Assembly: GCA_002633005.1 (NCBI GenBank)
Contig: NMRA01000434.1
Location: 89,874 to 153,873, forward strand
Source of the DNA: Phoronis australis
Lineage: Eukaryota > Animalia > Phoronida
Direction: 5' to 3'
DNA: 64,000 nucleotides
Positions 52,314-64,000 of the stretch are shown here, piece by piece (positions within the stretch are counted from its first letter, which is position 1; each line of letters begins with the position of its first letter). The translations under genes were made by a program, and so were the position numbers. Below the pieces are notes generated by a model. The model searched no databases. It was not told the origin of the DNA and saw only the letters and a program-made list of their open reading frames with translations.

Positions 52314-55300
52314 ATATGCATGCATGAACAGATTTGTTAAACTGCAAAAACTTTTTGTTCAGTGTAAACTCAAGTTTTAATATGTAGAAGCCGAAACTTA
52401 GATAATCTGGCCAACCTCAGAATACGGAATGGGTAATTAGATTCATACGAAACTTTGAGATACTATGCTTTAATTATTCAGTGTTTGTTAAACCACTGCT
52501 AGGAATTGTTTTTAAAATGTTTCATTTTTGTATGAGGGGCTATAAAAATTGACTTTATGAAATGAAATCAAAACAATAATTTAGAAAACTATAACAGCCT
52601 TCTTGAGATTTTAATGTGAGCATTTGGTCCTGTTAATAATGCCATTGTGCTTTTGATGTACTTTCTTTTTTTGCTAAATTTTATAACTAAAAAGACATGT
52701 TCATCTGAGCCAATTAATATCAGATTGGTAAAAAGTCAAAAATAAAATTTTACAAACTTTCTACTTTTACTAAGTTAAAATCAAGTTTTGTGATTATTTG
52801 GCAAAATACACAGACTCGTGGTCTTGTCGATACAGTCATACATTAACCTTATATTTTAATGTGGGCCGGAGGCCTTTTTACATGAATAACTACATATATA
52901 CATTATACCTATACATATGTAGGCTGAGAACTTAAGCTTTTCAGGTGAGAGAAATCAACTCAAGTTGATAAACAATCATTATATTCTGAGTAAAATGAAA
53001 CAGGCTAATGTAAACAATTACCAAAAGTTCAGTTAGCGATAAATGACCTGTTCAGCCACTAGGCGGTCCTGAGGCGGAAATACACACGAGAACATGAAAT
53101 GGAAGTTCTTAGCATGAGCCTTTGACATACACTTTCCTAGCTGATTACAAAATCAAGACTCAGCGGACTCTCTATTAAAAAGGAAGGGGGGGGGGGGGTA
53201 TTTCTTCACTTGTTTAATGCTACAAAACAAAATTTGGTAAGGGGTTTCATTATTTATAGAGATGTAATGGCCTTTTGAAAAAAGGAACGACAATTTTGGA
53301 ACAATTACACTTGTGCAAAACAAGGAGAATTATCGTGACATCTGATACAATTATCAAATGACAATATTTAAAGCTTCATTTTGCCTTGTTTAGCTGCCTA
53401 CAAATTGAATATTGGACGGCATTTTACTTTCATAAAATCAATCTCCTAATGTTCCTTACCGTGACAGGATTCTATTTCCATTGCCAACAAGGACATGGAA
53501 ACAGCGGAGGACATCAGGAAGCACTTCATGGGAAATGGGTGTACTTCACTTGCAATTGTGGCTATAAACCTGTGACGTTGTCCCAAAAAATGCCCAAAAT
53601 TGGAACACTTTGTTATGTTCACTAAATTGAGACACCACAAAAATCAGATCAGGAGAAATTCGCCTAAGAACAACTTTTAGCATTGTCATAATTCGTAAAT
53701 GTCTACTGGAAAAGACAAGATTTCATCTGCGTCTATTCACCTTAGATTGGCTATGCTGCATGGTGTCTACTTGCAAAAAGTACAACTCTTATCACAAGAA
53801 GGGCACACTTATGGGAAAACTTGAACAACATCCTTGTTAGAACACATGCATCACTGACCATTAATTCCAGGTGTGCTACAGAGGTCAACAGTCTTATGCA
53901 ATATACCAATAAAGGGCTCACTGCAGCATGAAGAATCTGCAAGCATATCTTTGTCAATCTGATACCAAACATTGAGCTGTTTTTGAGATCACACTAACTT
54001 ACTGAACACATTGAACTTGCTAGGTGCAACTATATTCGCTTAAAGTTTTGTAGGACCTTATCGACAAATCTCTTTTAGACAAATATCTAAAATATCGTAG
54101 AAATTAGTTTTGAAAAAAATTATCTTCAGAAAGCAGAAAGCCTGTACACTGACTTTTAACTTCACATGAATCTGTCGTTAAAGGAGAAGGCAACCTTTTA
54201 TCATGTCATCTTTAGTAAAAATGTGGTTCACTGATTATCGCAAACATATGTTTCAGTTAATTACGGCTTCCCGTAATTTTATGAATTAATCATGTCCTAC
54301 TCTGCCAGTGACATTTAAGGGGTTAAAAATTTCCCGCCATTTTGTTCTGCATTTGTTTTAACTGTAAGGATCTGTTGTACTGTTGTTATGTAATGGTTTC
54401 TTAACTTTGTCGTCACCACTTCCCATTGATGAGTTTTCTACGAAAAACTAAGTTGTTAGAGAACTCAATTACGTCGGATTTAGGAATTGTTTAATTTGTA
54501 GTAGCCTATAAATGACCGGAGTCGGCGATCCATATCACAGACACAGTGACGTGGTGATGAGGAACTTTTTTGCAAACAGTCAGTGAGTAGATATATATGT
54601 TTGAGCCGAGTTTAGTGAGGCAAAATACGCACAGACAGCTGTTGAGAGGTATGAGACAGAGACCGAGGACAGACAGGCACCACAGCGGGCTGTTTACATA
54701 CCGTACTAACATCATGCCTCATCTTCAGGAGAGTATACGCTTTTGATACTTGCCAATAACACTACATTACAACATTTGGTCAGAAACTGGTTTTGCATCT
54801 CATAGGTACTAACTGTCTTTTAGAAGGTAATGTCTATGATTTTTGTATGGGCACACATTTTCAATCTTATGCAAAATTTCAAAATTGTTGCATTTGCGAG
54901 TGATGCCTTTGCTGGAGTCGCATGAAACCGACTGCAAACCTCGTCATCTTGAGAACATTGCCATGTGACACTTGGCGAGCTGTAATTACGCTAAGCACGT
55001 TGCATTATTGACCTAGTTTTTTAAATGGACGGCCGCTAACACACTTATGAGCTGAGTCAGACAATCGGACTCACTCAGCTATTCAAATTTTTTATGTAGA
55101 CCTGCTTTGCAGCTCGCTGTACTACAGCAAAACTTTATTTGCAACAGAATGACAAATAGCAAACTAACTAGGTGAGAAAAATATTTTTACATAAATTAGC
55201 TGTATCAAGCATTCATACCGTCTTAGCTCGCAGTAGTAAACAGATGCTCTGCTGCTGATATAAATCCTACGCCTATTAAAGAAGAAAACTTTTAAGAGTA

Positions 55301-55579
55301 TTTAAATGGCAAAAACACTAGCCTTGACTTCAGTGAATGTCTGGCGGACGATGAGAGACCTACAAGAATCGATGAGAGACGAAGAATCCGGGATTTCTAA
55401 TAAAATCACAATACACAATTGGATTTCATTCTCATATGGCTCTGACTAAAGCTAACAACTTCAGGATGTGTCTATCCCACCCAACAATAATCCCAAAAAT
55501 GCATTGTTGGCAGTAAACTGTGATTATGTCCCTTAGAAAGGAAAACAGTTAGCACAGCAGTAGGGCAGAAATGTGGCAG

Positions 55580-55648
55580 GTGCCTCACACACAGCATTCT
55601 GGGTAAATACAGCATGTGCCTCACACATAGCATTCTGGGTAAATACAG
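55580..55648. repeat. Tandem duplication, 36 bp x2
   Basis: GTGCCTCACACAYAGCATTCTGGGTAAATACAG at 55580 and 55616. Confidence 0.9.
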
Positions 55649-56496
55649 TGAATTCTCACCAGCTTGGGACACAATATGCGAACAAGTGAAATTTTGCTTT
55701 TACTTCTTATTATTTTATAAATCACCCACAGTACCAAAATATTGCTTTGTCATATCCAACTTCTGTACTATAACCACCCATAAAAAATGTTTTGAAAAAA
55801 ATTGGCCATTCACGTCAAACATAATAGACTTTGAAAATCAAAAGCACAACTTTGCTAATTATTTTTGTCCCAAACTCAGTAAGATTTTACAAAACCAAAG
55901 AATTAATGATGGCCCTGGGAAGTGGCTCAATGTGCCAGGATGGGACACTGAGTAAACAACAGTAAGGTTTGTTCTTGTTATACTAGTTCATCCACACATC
56001 CTAAATAGCTTAACAACATCAAAAGGTTCATTGAAGCTGTTTAATCACTACATCTTGGGCCCATGTCAGCATGAACTGTTTGTATTATGTAATGTTAGTG
56101 GGTATGTTATTCATACTAATGTGTCAACCATAGCCCTGATCAATAGCAGAACTGTCAGCCAGTTCAATGAGATGTATAATTAATTTTCATCTGATACCTA
56201 ATATAAACACTTCAGACAGTGAAATGGTTGGATGTTGATAGGATCTTTGAAATCTGGTAAAATTTGAAGACAATTTCATGAGCAATGACAACTGCACACT
56301 AAGGGGAAAGTAATTTCATCTCTGGAGTTTTTAATCATTTGACATTGTCCCGAGTACCCACTCCCCTCCACTTCTGAATTCACAATGAAACACTCCATAA
56401 CAATTGTGAAAGATGTGAAGATGAATAAGGGAATCAACCTAAGACTAGATACCCACCCTGCACCACATGGTAGTGTTATTGTGGAAAATGCCCTGT

Positions 56497-56576
56497 CATG
56501 GGCAGCGCAGCACTGAAATGTGTGGACGGCTTTGCGGGGGCCCCCCCTCCCCGCCCCCTATGGTGCGCCGCCCATG
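56497..56576. mobile_element. 80-bp GC-rich hAT-like MITE remnant
   Basis: CATGGGCAGCGCA...TGCGCCGCCCATG, a 12/13 inverted repeat; no clear TSD. Confidence 0.45.
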
Positions 56577-56625
56577 CCTATGAACATGATCTGTGCTATT
56601 AGCAATTAATGCATCTGTATTTCTG

Positions 56626-56843
56626 TTCAATAAATTACCATGTTCAGAATGTTTAATACGGAGACGTTTACTCACGTTCTATATTGGCGTGGTGGCAGTG
56701 TACTTTATGGACATATTCACCTCCAGCAAAATTTTCAATAAATTACCATAATCAGTACATTTAATACAGAGATGTTTACTCACTTACATTCTATATTGGG
56801 GTGGTGGCAGTGTACTTTATGGCCTTAGTCACCTCCACCAAAT
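56626..56843. repeat. Diverged tandem duplication, ~108 bp x2
   Basis: TTCAATAAATTACCAT...GTGGTGGCAGTGTACTTTATGG...TCACCTCCA starts at 56626 and again at 56734. Confidence 0.9.
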
Positions 56844-58741
56844 ATTTCAGTGTAACTCTTTCTTAATTAGAAACTAAACCTATTTTTTCAAAATCTAGAA
56901 ACATTATATGGCAAATCATAACGGAACCAGTAAACATGACCTGTGGACCAACAGAACCTAACTCATACTTATGGTTGAGCCACTTCCTCAGAAATACTTT
57001 ATAATAACAAACCAACATAATGTCAGAGATAACCATCTCATCAGCACCAGACATCTACTCACCTATACTTAGGAGTACCAAAATTTAACACATGCCATCA
57101 AAGTTCAATGAAATTCTAAAATAAGATTAGAGAGCAGACTAAGCTTTACAAAATAAACAGTGCTGTAATGCTGTGGCTTAGCTCCACTCTTTGTATGTTA
57201 CAATAATACAGGCATTGCAGTTTTGTAGACAGAGGCTAGACTTCCTGCAGAATGGCGAAACAATAAGCATCTTATGTATGTGCATTAGAGGACAAATTCA
57301 AGTCACAATAAATAATGGCTGACCCTAATTTAAAAGGATAAAGGTTTATTCAAGGCATGTTTACTCCTGATATATGTGAGGAATACTTTGTTACAAACAT
57401 GACAAAAGACAAATAAAAAATGTAAGGCAGTCTTACCTTGATTCTAGTGGGAATAATGTTTAAGCTAAAGTCAACTGAATATTTTGCATACCGTGGAACC
57501 CCATACATGGTGTCTTGAATAGGCAACCAATCTCAAATAAGGATCGTACTGCCTTAGTGACGAAAATCATCAGGCATTTTAGTGTAAAACATGAAGTTAT
57601 TAATTGAAGTGGTTGGCCAGCTATTAACCCATGTTAGATTCATCTCAAGAGCCGAAATTCTGATTTGGACCACATAAAACTGGTTAGTCAGCTTGCATGC
57701 TCAGATTAGAAGATTTACAATGAAATGACAGAATGTTATTACTTGAGACCCTGCTCAGCACACTGACATGACCCTGACAAGCCAATGTGTAGAGCCAAAA
57801 GCCCTGAAATCACCAGCAATTAGACTAAGGAACAATTTGTGACTTTAATACTGATTAACGAAAGTAGGCAGTTGCCTAAACAGTATGAATCAAAAGTTAG
57901 TTTCTGTGGAGGGAGGCAGATTTAATAGTCATTTAGCATGGTATCCCACAAATAACCAATGTAACTACCAAACAAACATGATGGAAAAAAATAAGACCAA
58001 TGTGATGGAAAATGTAAACACTGATGCTCCCGTATGTTATAAACTATACTTACCTGAAATGCTGCTTTCACACCTGAACTACTAAACTTACTAAAGCCCT
58101 AGGTAGTTGAGACAGCAGTAAAGATCAGTTTACCAAGCAAGGAAGCGTGAGCGGAACGACAGAGGCCTTTGGGCAAGGGTATGTGTAAACATTAATTATG
58201 CACCACGACACCACATTTTATCACTTTATGATGTGTAATCTTTTGTGGGACCAGTCTGTAATACTAGTGACGGGCGACAACCTGACTCGACTTGTCATGA
58301 ACGACGTCAACACTCAATGACCAAAGAAAGACACAGAAAAGTCACCGACTTGGCAATACGGGTTGGAAGCACTGAGGACCTGTACACTACAGGCAAGCAT
58401 GGCACGAACACCACCAACTCAGTCGAAACGTAACGATGAGAAACACGAGAAGCTAACAGCTGAGCAATTAATGCCAATATTGTTACCGCATCCGAAACTA
58501 GACAACAATGTCAATGTCCACAGCTCGAATATTCAGCTCAGTTTGAGGGTTTGTTTACCGATAGCCTTCTTGACGCAAAGCTGTACATACATGCTAAATA
58601 TATTTTGACGATACCCTTCATACAGCTAGCTCAGTGGCTGGCTAGCTGGCTGTCAACTTTACCGAGTACTTCAAAGAGGGCTTCAATACATTTCACATCC
58701 CGCTAGTCAGAACTTAACAAAAATAAAACTGCGTCGCCTAC

Positions 58742-58795
58742 CTGCCGTTTGCCATTACTATTAGCCTGTTGTATAGGTGTCAACCATGTCAACAT
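58742..58795 (-). CDS. Candidate first coding exon (MLTWLTPIQQANSNGKRQ) of the Mieap-domain gene
   Basis: ATG at 58795 with an upstream in-frame stop; CAG|gtaggc phase-0 donor matching the acceptor at 44091; sits in a CpG-rich promoter-like region. No homology support. Confidence 0.4.
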
Positions 58796-59962
58796 TTCCA
58801 CGTATTTTTTCACGTGTTCTGTTCCAGAACTTTGACCCTTACCGTTATGTTGTGCCACCTGGTGGCTAATTTGAAAAATATCTATTCAAATGTGAATCGC
58901 GCTCAGCAGAGCCCTTCAGCAGACCTCTGTGCCCGGTTGCATGGAACAGTTCCAAACAGCGATTCAACTAAGGTCTCTAAATCTTTTGTATAATTGTGTT
59001 GTTCTTTACTCAAACACGTACTTGTTTTCTGTCTGTGAGCTTTTCTTTGACTTAAGACGTTTTCTAATAATATTATAACTAAAATCTGAGCAATTAATTC
59101 ATTGAAAATAAATAATAGACTTATTCCTTAAATTAGGGTCGTTACATGAAAAGATCCCTACTTATTTTCAATTATATTGCGAATTCAATGTAGAAATCAC
59201 TCTCGCTTTGTATCAAAACCAAAAATTGACTTAGTAATGAAACTAAAACAGCATGAGAAAGGACGTTTAGTGTTTTCACAAGTTCACAAGGACGGACGCA
59301 TTAGATTTAGGGACCTTTAGTTAGGCGAGTCCCTATTTGGGACTGTTTCATGTAAGCAGGCACAGGGCACCGATAATAGACGTAGATTAAATATTAAACT
59401 CGTTTCTCTCGCGCGACCTACCTTAGAACAGATAAATTTTCTTTGTTATCTGACAAAAGATTTTTCCATTCAAAAAACGAAACATTTAAAAAAAATGAAC
59501 GCGCCTCAGCTCAGTGGATGAGTTGAAGGTAGGGTTGATATTTCTCTTAACATACATACCAACCTATCGCCAGTAGATAGCGATAACTTTAGAGTGAAAA
59601 CATTCTGAAAACCAGAAAGCCTAGCAATTTCACAGTTACCTATGGCAATAGTCAAAAATAACGCCGGTGCCCGCAATTTGAGAACCAGTTTTCTTGTCCA
59701 AATGACACTAGCCACGCTTGCTTAGGTCAAGTCTCAACTTGATTGGTCAGGTGACCTATAATTTATGTATTTATGACAAAAAATGAAAGGGTGATAATTG
59801 CAATTTTGGCAATGTCTTGATATCCATGGCAACCCATTACTCACAGCATACTGTTTTCATACATATTGTTTAGTCATTTTTAATTTGTACAATCAAAATA
59901 GTTCGGTAGCAGCCCTTCGTTTATACAAACGTCGTTTAAAATATGACTAGAATTTTTGTTTG

Positions 59963-60115
59963 CAAGCTTGATACTGGTACGCTCGTAATTTCGGAACAGT
60001 CTCCTTTCTTCGGGCGTACAGGTATGAAGTAAAACACCGAGAGACATAACAAACAATTTAAAACACTAGCTATTTTTCGAAATACGAAATTACGAGCGTA
60101 CCAGTATCAAGCTTG
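59963..60115. mobile_element. 153-bp MITE-like element with perfect 31-bp inverted repeats
   Basis: CAAGCTTGATACTGGTACGCTCGTAATTTCG (59963-59993) and its exact reverse complement (60085-60115). Confidence 0.7.
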
Positions 60116-61156
60116 GAAATAAAGTCTCAGTGGTCGTGTTTTTAACGCAGTTATCCATTCAACAGTAAATCGGCTGAGCATTCCCATTAAAAACCCACCG
60201 CCTGTAAGATTCAGCGCCTACAGGCCATGTATTTCTTAAAATAATGCCAAACCCGGTTTTGGCATAATAACAGATAATAGAACGACTTTCCCGTCCAATT
60301 CTCTGAAAAGAAATGATGCTATGTAATGACCCTCGACCGTGACAAGCTTCAAACGGAGGAAAATTTTCTTTCAAAGTCTGCTCAAGGACCATAATGTCCC
60401 ATTTGTCGGAAATGGGGAGTATGAGTTTTTATTTGATTCCTGCTTTTGTCTTTTATTGTTCATGACGCCAATGATACAGAACAATTGGTTGAAATCATCA
60501 AAAATGGTTCAGCAGTCCTTTTTTAAAAATTATTGCCTGCTGGACCCAATATAGCCATCTCAAAAAACGTCAGGGAAACAAAACTATTTTAAGTGCTATG
60601 GTGAGCGCCGGTAAAACTTACAGACAATCCTTAAAAAGTCACGTCTGACGCACTAATCCACACAGCTAGTATCCACGTTTCATTTCTTAAAATGAAGGAA
60701 ATATTGTTGGGGATTCTTTGGGCTGAAAATGAAATCCATAATTTTGTCATTATGGCACTTCGTTGTCAGTGCTTCTGTAACGTTCCCCCGTGTTTTCTTC
60801 CACTGGATACTACGTTGCTCGAATTTTTCTTGTTTTATCAAAAAATTTCCACAATTTTTACCAGAGTCTGTTAATGAGCAATTTAAATTTGCTTTTAGGT
60901 TTCGTGTTTTACCCCTAGAAAAAGAAAAACTTGGTCTCAATGTTCATCCATTTGTTAAACATAGATCACCTGAGCAACATAGTTCCGGTTCGCGATGGTC
61001 AGGGCATCAAAGGGACTCGATTATTATTGTACAAAGCGGTAGAGTTGTATACTACCAGTTGAACGTTAGTGGCAGACATTCCGCACATATTTGTACTTTT
61101 AACACACCAGTTCATTCTTCAGTAGCTGCAGTGACCATCACTGGACGGGCTAAACT

Positions 61157-61252
61157 CAGTCCATGCGTCATGACTAGCCACCACGCGCCAGTCCATGCGT
61201 CATGACTAGCCACCACGCACCAGTCCATGCGTCACGACTAGCCACCACGCGC
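61157..61252. repeat. Tandem repeat, 32 bp x3
   Basis: CAGTCCATGCGTCATGACTAGCCACCACGCGC at 61157, 61189 and 61221, with single substitutions and no spacers. Confidence 0.95.
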
Positions 61253-61556
61253 ATCAGCAGAAATTATGGATACCGTTCCATCTAAAATGTTACATCCGGA
61301 TTCCTGAATGTTGGTAAATAGTCAATAGAAAAACACCTGAAGATTTTACGTTCATCTTCTGGTTATTCCATGGCACAAATGGTGACCAGAAGAACATCAG
61401 GAAAACGACAAGAACAAATCTTAAATGATGAAATACCCTGGCATATGTACAAGCTTAATTTGGAATTCTAAATGTTATTCTATGTGCACTTAATGAGACT
61501 CGACTTCAAAATTTTTATGTAATGAAGAAGCAGACAGAAATTTTGTTGGTGCACAT

Positions 61557-61562
61557 TTTATT
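61557..61562 (-). promoter_or_regulatory. Probable polyadenylation signal (AATAAA) of PRELID1
   Basis: AATAAA on the minus strand ~920 nt after the stop, at the end of an AT-rich UTR-like tract. Confidence 0.5.
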
Positions 61563-62483
61563 GTTCTTGTTAACTTAAATATATATATATTCATATTTGT
61601 ATATACATGTATATCACTGTAAAATAAAAATCTCTAAGGATTTTGACTATTAATGCTGACTTAACATTTAATTTTTGAAACAAAACGAAAACGATGCTCT
61701 GCAGACCCTTGCCATTCATTAAAAGATTGATTGAACTTCGCCAACACCTTACAAAACATGCTAAACTGGAAAGCTTGGCTAATGCTTCAGGCTAGCTCGT
61801 TGAGAACTCGTGACAGGTCACCTATCTAGAAGCACCAAGTCCATTTTGGACAAAGTGAGGAGTTTTTGCTGAGCAATGTTTTCACCTTTCCAAGGAAAGC
61901 CTAGCTAGACAATAGCTGTTGGTGGAAGCAATTTTGTGTAAAAACACCAAAACATGATTTAGCATCCTTTCAACTTATAAGAATATTCCATACATTGTGG
62001 TATTGGTTGCACCTGCATAGATGTGCAATGGAATAGACAACACTTAATATACCCCTTACATGTGTTACATGCAATATGTAAGAGCATACAGCCACACCAC
62101 GAAATGATAATTTCCATCAATTTAATACCAAATACAGAGTTCGCAATGAGACCTAAACGGCCGTGCAGCACCATCTTTGAAAACCACAACTGTGGTTATG
62201 TTGAGGGTTAGAGCCCTGTTTTTTTGTAATAAGTGCTAGAGCTCTTTATTACAAATGAAAACCATGGACCAAAATATATTTTTTCAACCAGAAGATTCAC
62301 CGACGCTACTTTGACATATTCCAGTTTTTGGTTTGACCAAACTAGCTCTGCATGAGATTTCGAACAAAACAGGTCACCTCTAACCAACTACCAACTCTGA
62401 ACTCTAATTTAATTACTTGTAATTCAGTTTCACAGGTGAAATAGAGGAGGATAGCTCCCTTATCATGATAAATTGTCCCAACT

Positions 62484-62813
62484 TCATGTGTTGCTACTTG
62501 GACTTTGGCAATTAGCCACTACAGGCCGTGCCCTGGCTTTGGCAAGTTCTTTGGCTTTACGAGCTGTGTCTTTGATTTTCTCAGTGTTCAGCATCTGGTG
62601 TTCTGGTACACTTTCCGGCATAAACATTTTTTGTAGAACATATTCAAATCCTTTATTAGTTTTCCCCACGTTTTTCTTGTAACGTTCAATCCCAAAGGCT
62701 TCTATGGCACGTACAAATCCGTAAAGGTCAGAGGTGATCCATGCTTGACGCTCAATTAATGTAGACTTTTTATCTTCTGGGTTCTTCTTGTAAACACATC
62801 TTTCTTCAACAAC
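62484..62813 (-). CDS. PRELID1: Last coding exon of PRELI domain-containing protein 1 (mitochondrial phosphatidic-acid transfer protein); upstream exons apparently lie beyond the window
   Basis: tttcag|GTT acceptor. VVEERCVY...TLIERQAWITSDLYGFVRAIEAFGIERYKKNVGKTNKGFEYVL closely resembles the recalled PRELID1 C-terminus (VEERCVY...REAWVSS.LFG.SRAVQEFGLARFKSNV.KT.KGFEYIL). It is followed by an LEA-like EKIKDTARKAKELA tail and TGA. Confidence 0.92.
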   Translation of the reverse strand, partial: VVEERCVYKKNPEDKKSTLIERQAWITSDLYGFVRAIEAFGIERYKKNVGKTNKGFEYVLQKMFMPESVPEHQMLNTEKIKDTARKAKELAKARARPVVANCQSPSSNT

Positions 62814-64000
62814 CTGAAACACATAACATACAAATACTTCAAACGAGTGTAACAGTCTTTTGGAAGAATAACAAAGCACATGACTATGTCAGACCTGTGT
62901 ATCACCAAAACTGCATTGGAGTACCATGAACACCAGATTTGAAGATTTTTCAGTAAATTTGCAGATATTCGCATACAGACCAAATTTTATTTTTCGCAGT
63001 GGACCTTTCACTAACTAAAAAAAAAACATTCAGAGCTTTCGCTGAATTCTTGCCTCTTTAGTGGACTTTTGTCTCGTTTTCTCGGACTTTTGGTTACTCT
63101 CAGAACCTTTTTGCCCACTTTGCCAAATGGAGGACTCATTCAAGTACCCCCGGCTATGTGCATGGGTACTTTTCCTACTTACTTGCCTCTGAAACAGTTT
63201 CTAAAATACACATAGCGAATTGATCACCAATTTTCAGAATACTTTAAGTTGTTTAGTTGAAGGACAACGCGCTTAGTGAAAAGATCTTGTTAATCAATAG
63301 AAAATGTCCTCACTGAACTAAGTTACGTTAATACATGCCTAATGCACACCTCATTTCTTAACACAAAACATATGTGCAAAAATGTGTTGATGAATCTGCC
63401 CTGGACAATGTTTTGCACCAGACGCTATTTTCTTAACTATTCACAAATCTTTTGAATAATTATTCATTGCAAGTGACTGTGAACACGTACCACCGTACTG
63501 CACACGAAAAGACCTCGAGGCTCAATTGTGGCTCGAGTATTATCGTCAGCTCAACATGCTACGAAGACAGTGCAGTCACCATGTCCGCAAAAAAACAACA
63601 CGCTATACAACTTGCAGTATAAATTCCATGATTCCTTGAATAAGACATTGTCATTCTTTGGAATAACGTTGCAAAAACAGTTGTTCCCTTCTTTCAAAAG
63701 CTACTTTCTTCACAGCTCAGAATATGCGACAACTCATGCTTTGCCATTTTGTCAACAGTACGTATTTAGCCGTAAATAGCCGGAATTAAACAAAGTAAGC
63801 AATCCACAAATCACAGAAGACATTGCTTATAGGTTAGGCTTGTGACACACATACCGATAGAAGAGGCCTTGCGATTCGCCGATTATCAGTCTATTTTGAG
63901 AATGAAACGAAGCAAGTTTTCCGAGTTTGTAGCTCAACTTTTTGGCTAAAATAATGATTTTACTATATTTTTTAATTTCTAACTTCAAAATCTTCTTCCT

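Noticed and set aside
51180-52347. ORFs with repeated peptides (SWHEIL, KFHAR, CTVWKA)
   Set aside because: Translations of 18-bp tandem DNA repeats that are open in several frames on both strands.
60729-61205. 158-aa plus-strand ORF
   Set aside because: No recognisable homology; it runs into a tandem repeat and looks like translated intergenic DNA.
61157-61252. 32-bp direct repeats of CRISPR-like length
   Set aside because: Units are contiguous with no spacers, the context is eukaryotic and no cas genes are present; this is a simple minisatellite.
63895-63925. Second hammerhead (TTGAGAATGAAAC...)
   Set aside because: Shares 13 nt with the Penelope motif but lacks the GAAA after stem II and has no stem I.

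Overview
AT-rich eukaryotic (invertebrate metazoan-like, by inference) genomic DNA with spliced genes, many transposon fragments and one 261-nt assembly gap. Most ORFs in the supplied track look spurious. The main feature is a minus-strand gene spanning about 47 kb. I assembled it by hand from phase-compatible GT-AG exons: 58742-58795 (tentative), 43053-44091, 15382-15444, 14486-14687, 13038-13245, 12357-12539 and 11611-11895. It encodes a ~677-aa protein with an unrecognised helical N-terminal domain, a coiled coil and a Mieap/SPATA18-type C-terminal domain. Directly upstream on the same strand is the last exon and 3' UTR of PRELID1. Intronic mobile DNA includes a 5'-truncated Penelope-like retroelement (GIY-YIG endonuclease) followed by a minimal hammerhead ribozyme with a U3-A8 covariant core, a full-length tRNA-derived SINE with a 12-bp TSD, an apparently complete Helentron-associated (HINE/DINE-like) element, and several MITEs. 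I cannot establish a new biological system from sequence alone. The best leads are the Mieap-domain fusion protein beside PRELID1 and the variant hammerhead. All family calls are by motif recognition, not database search.
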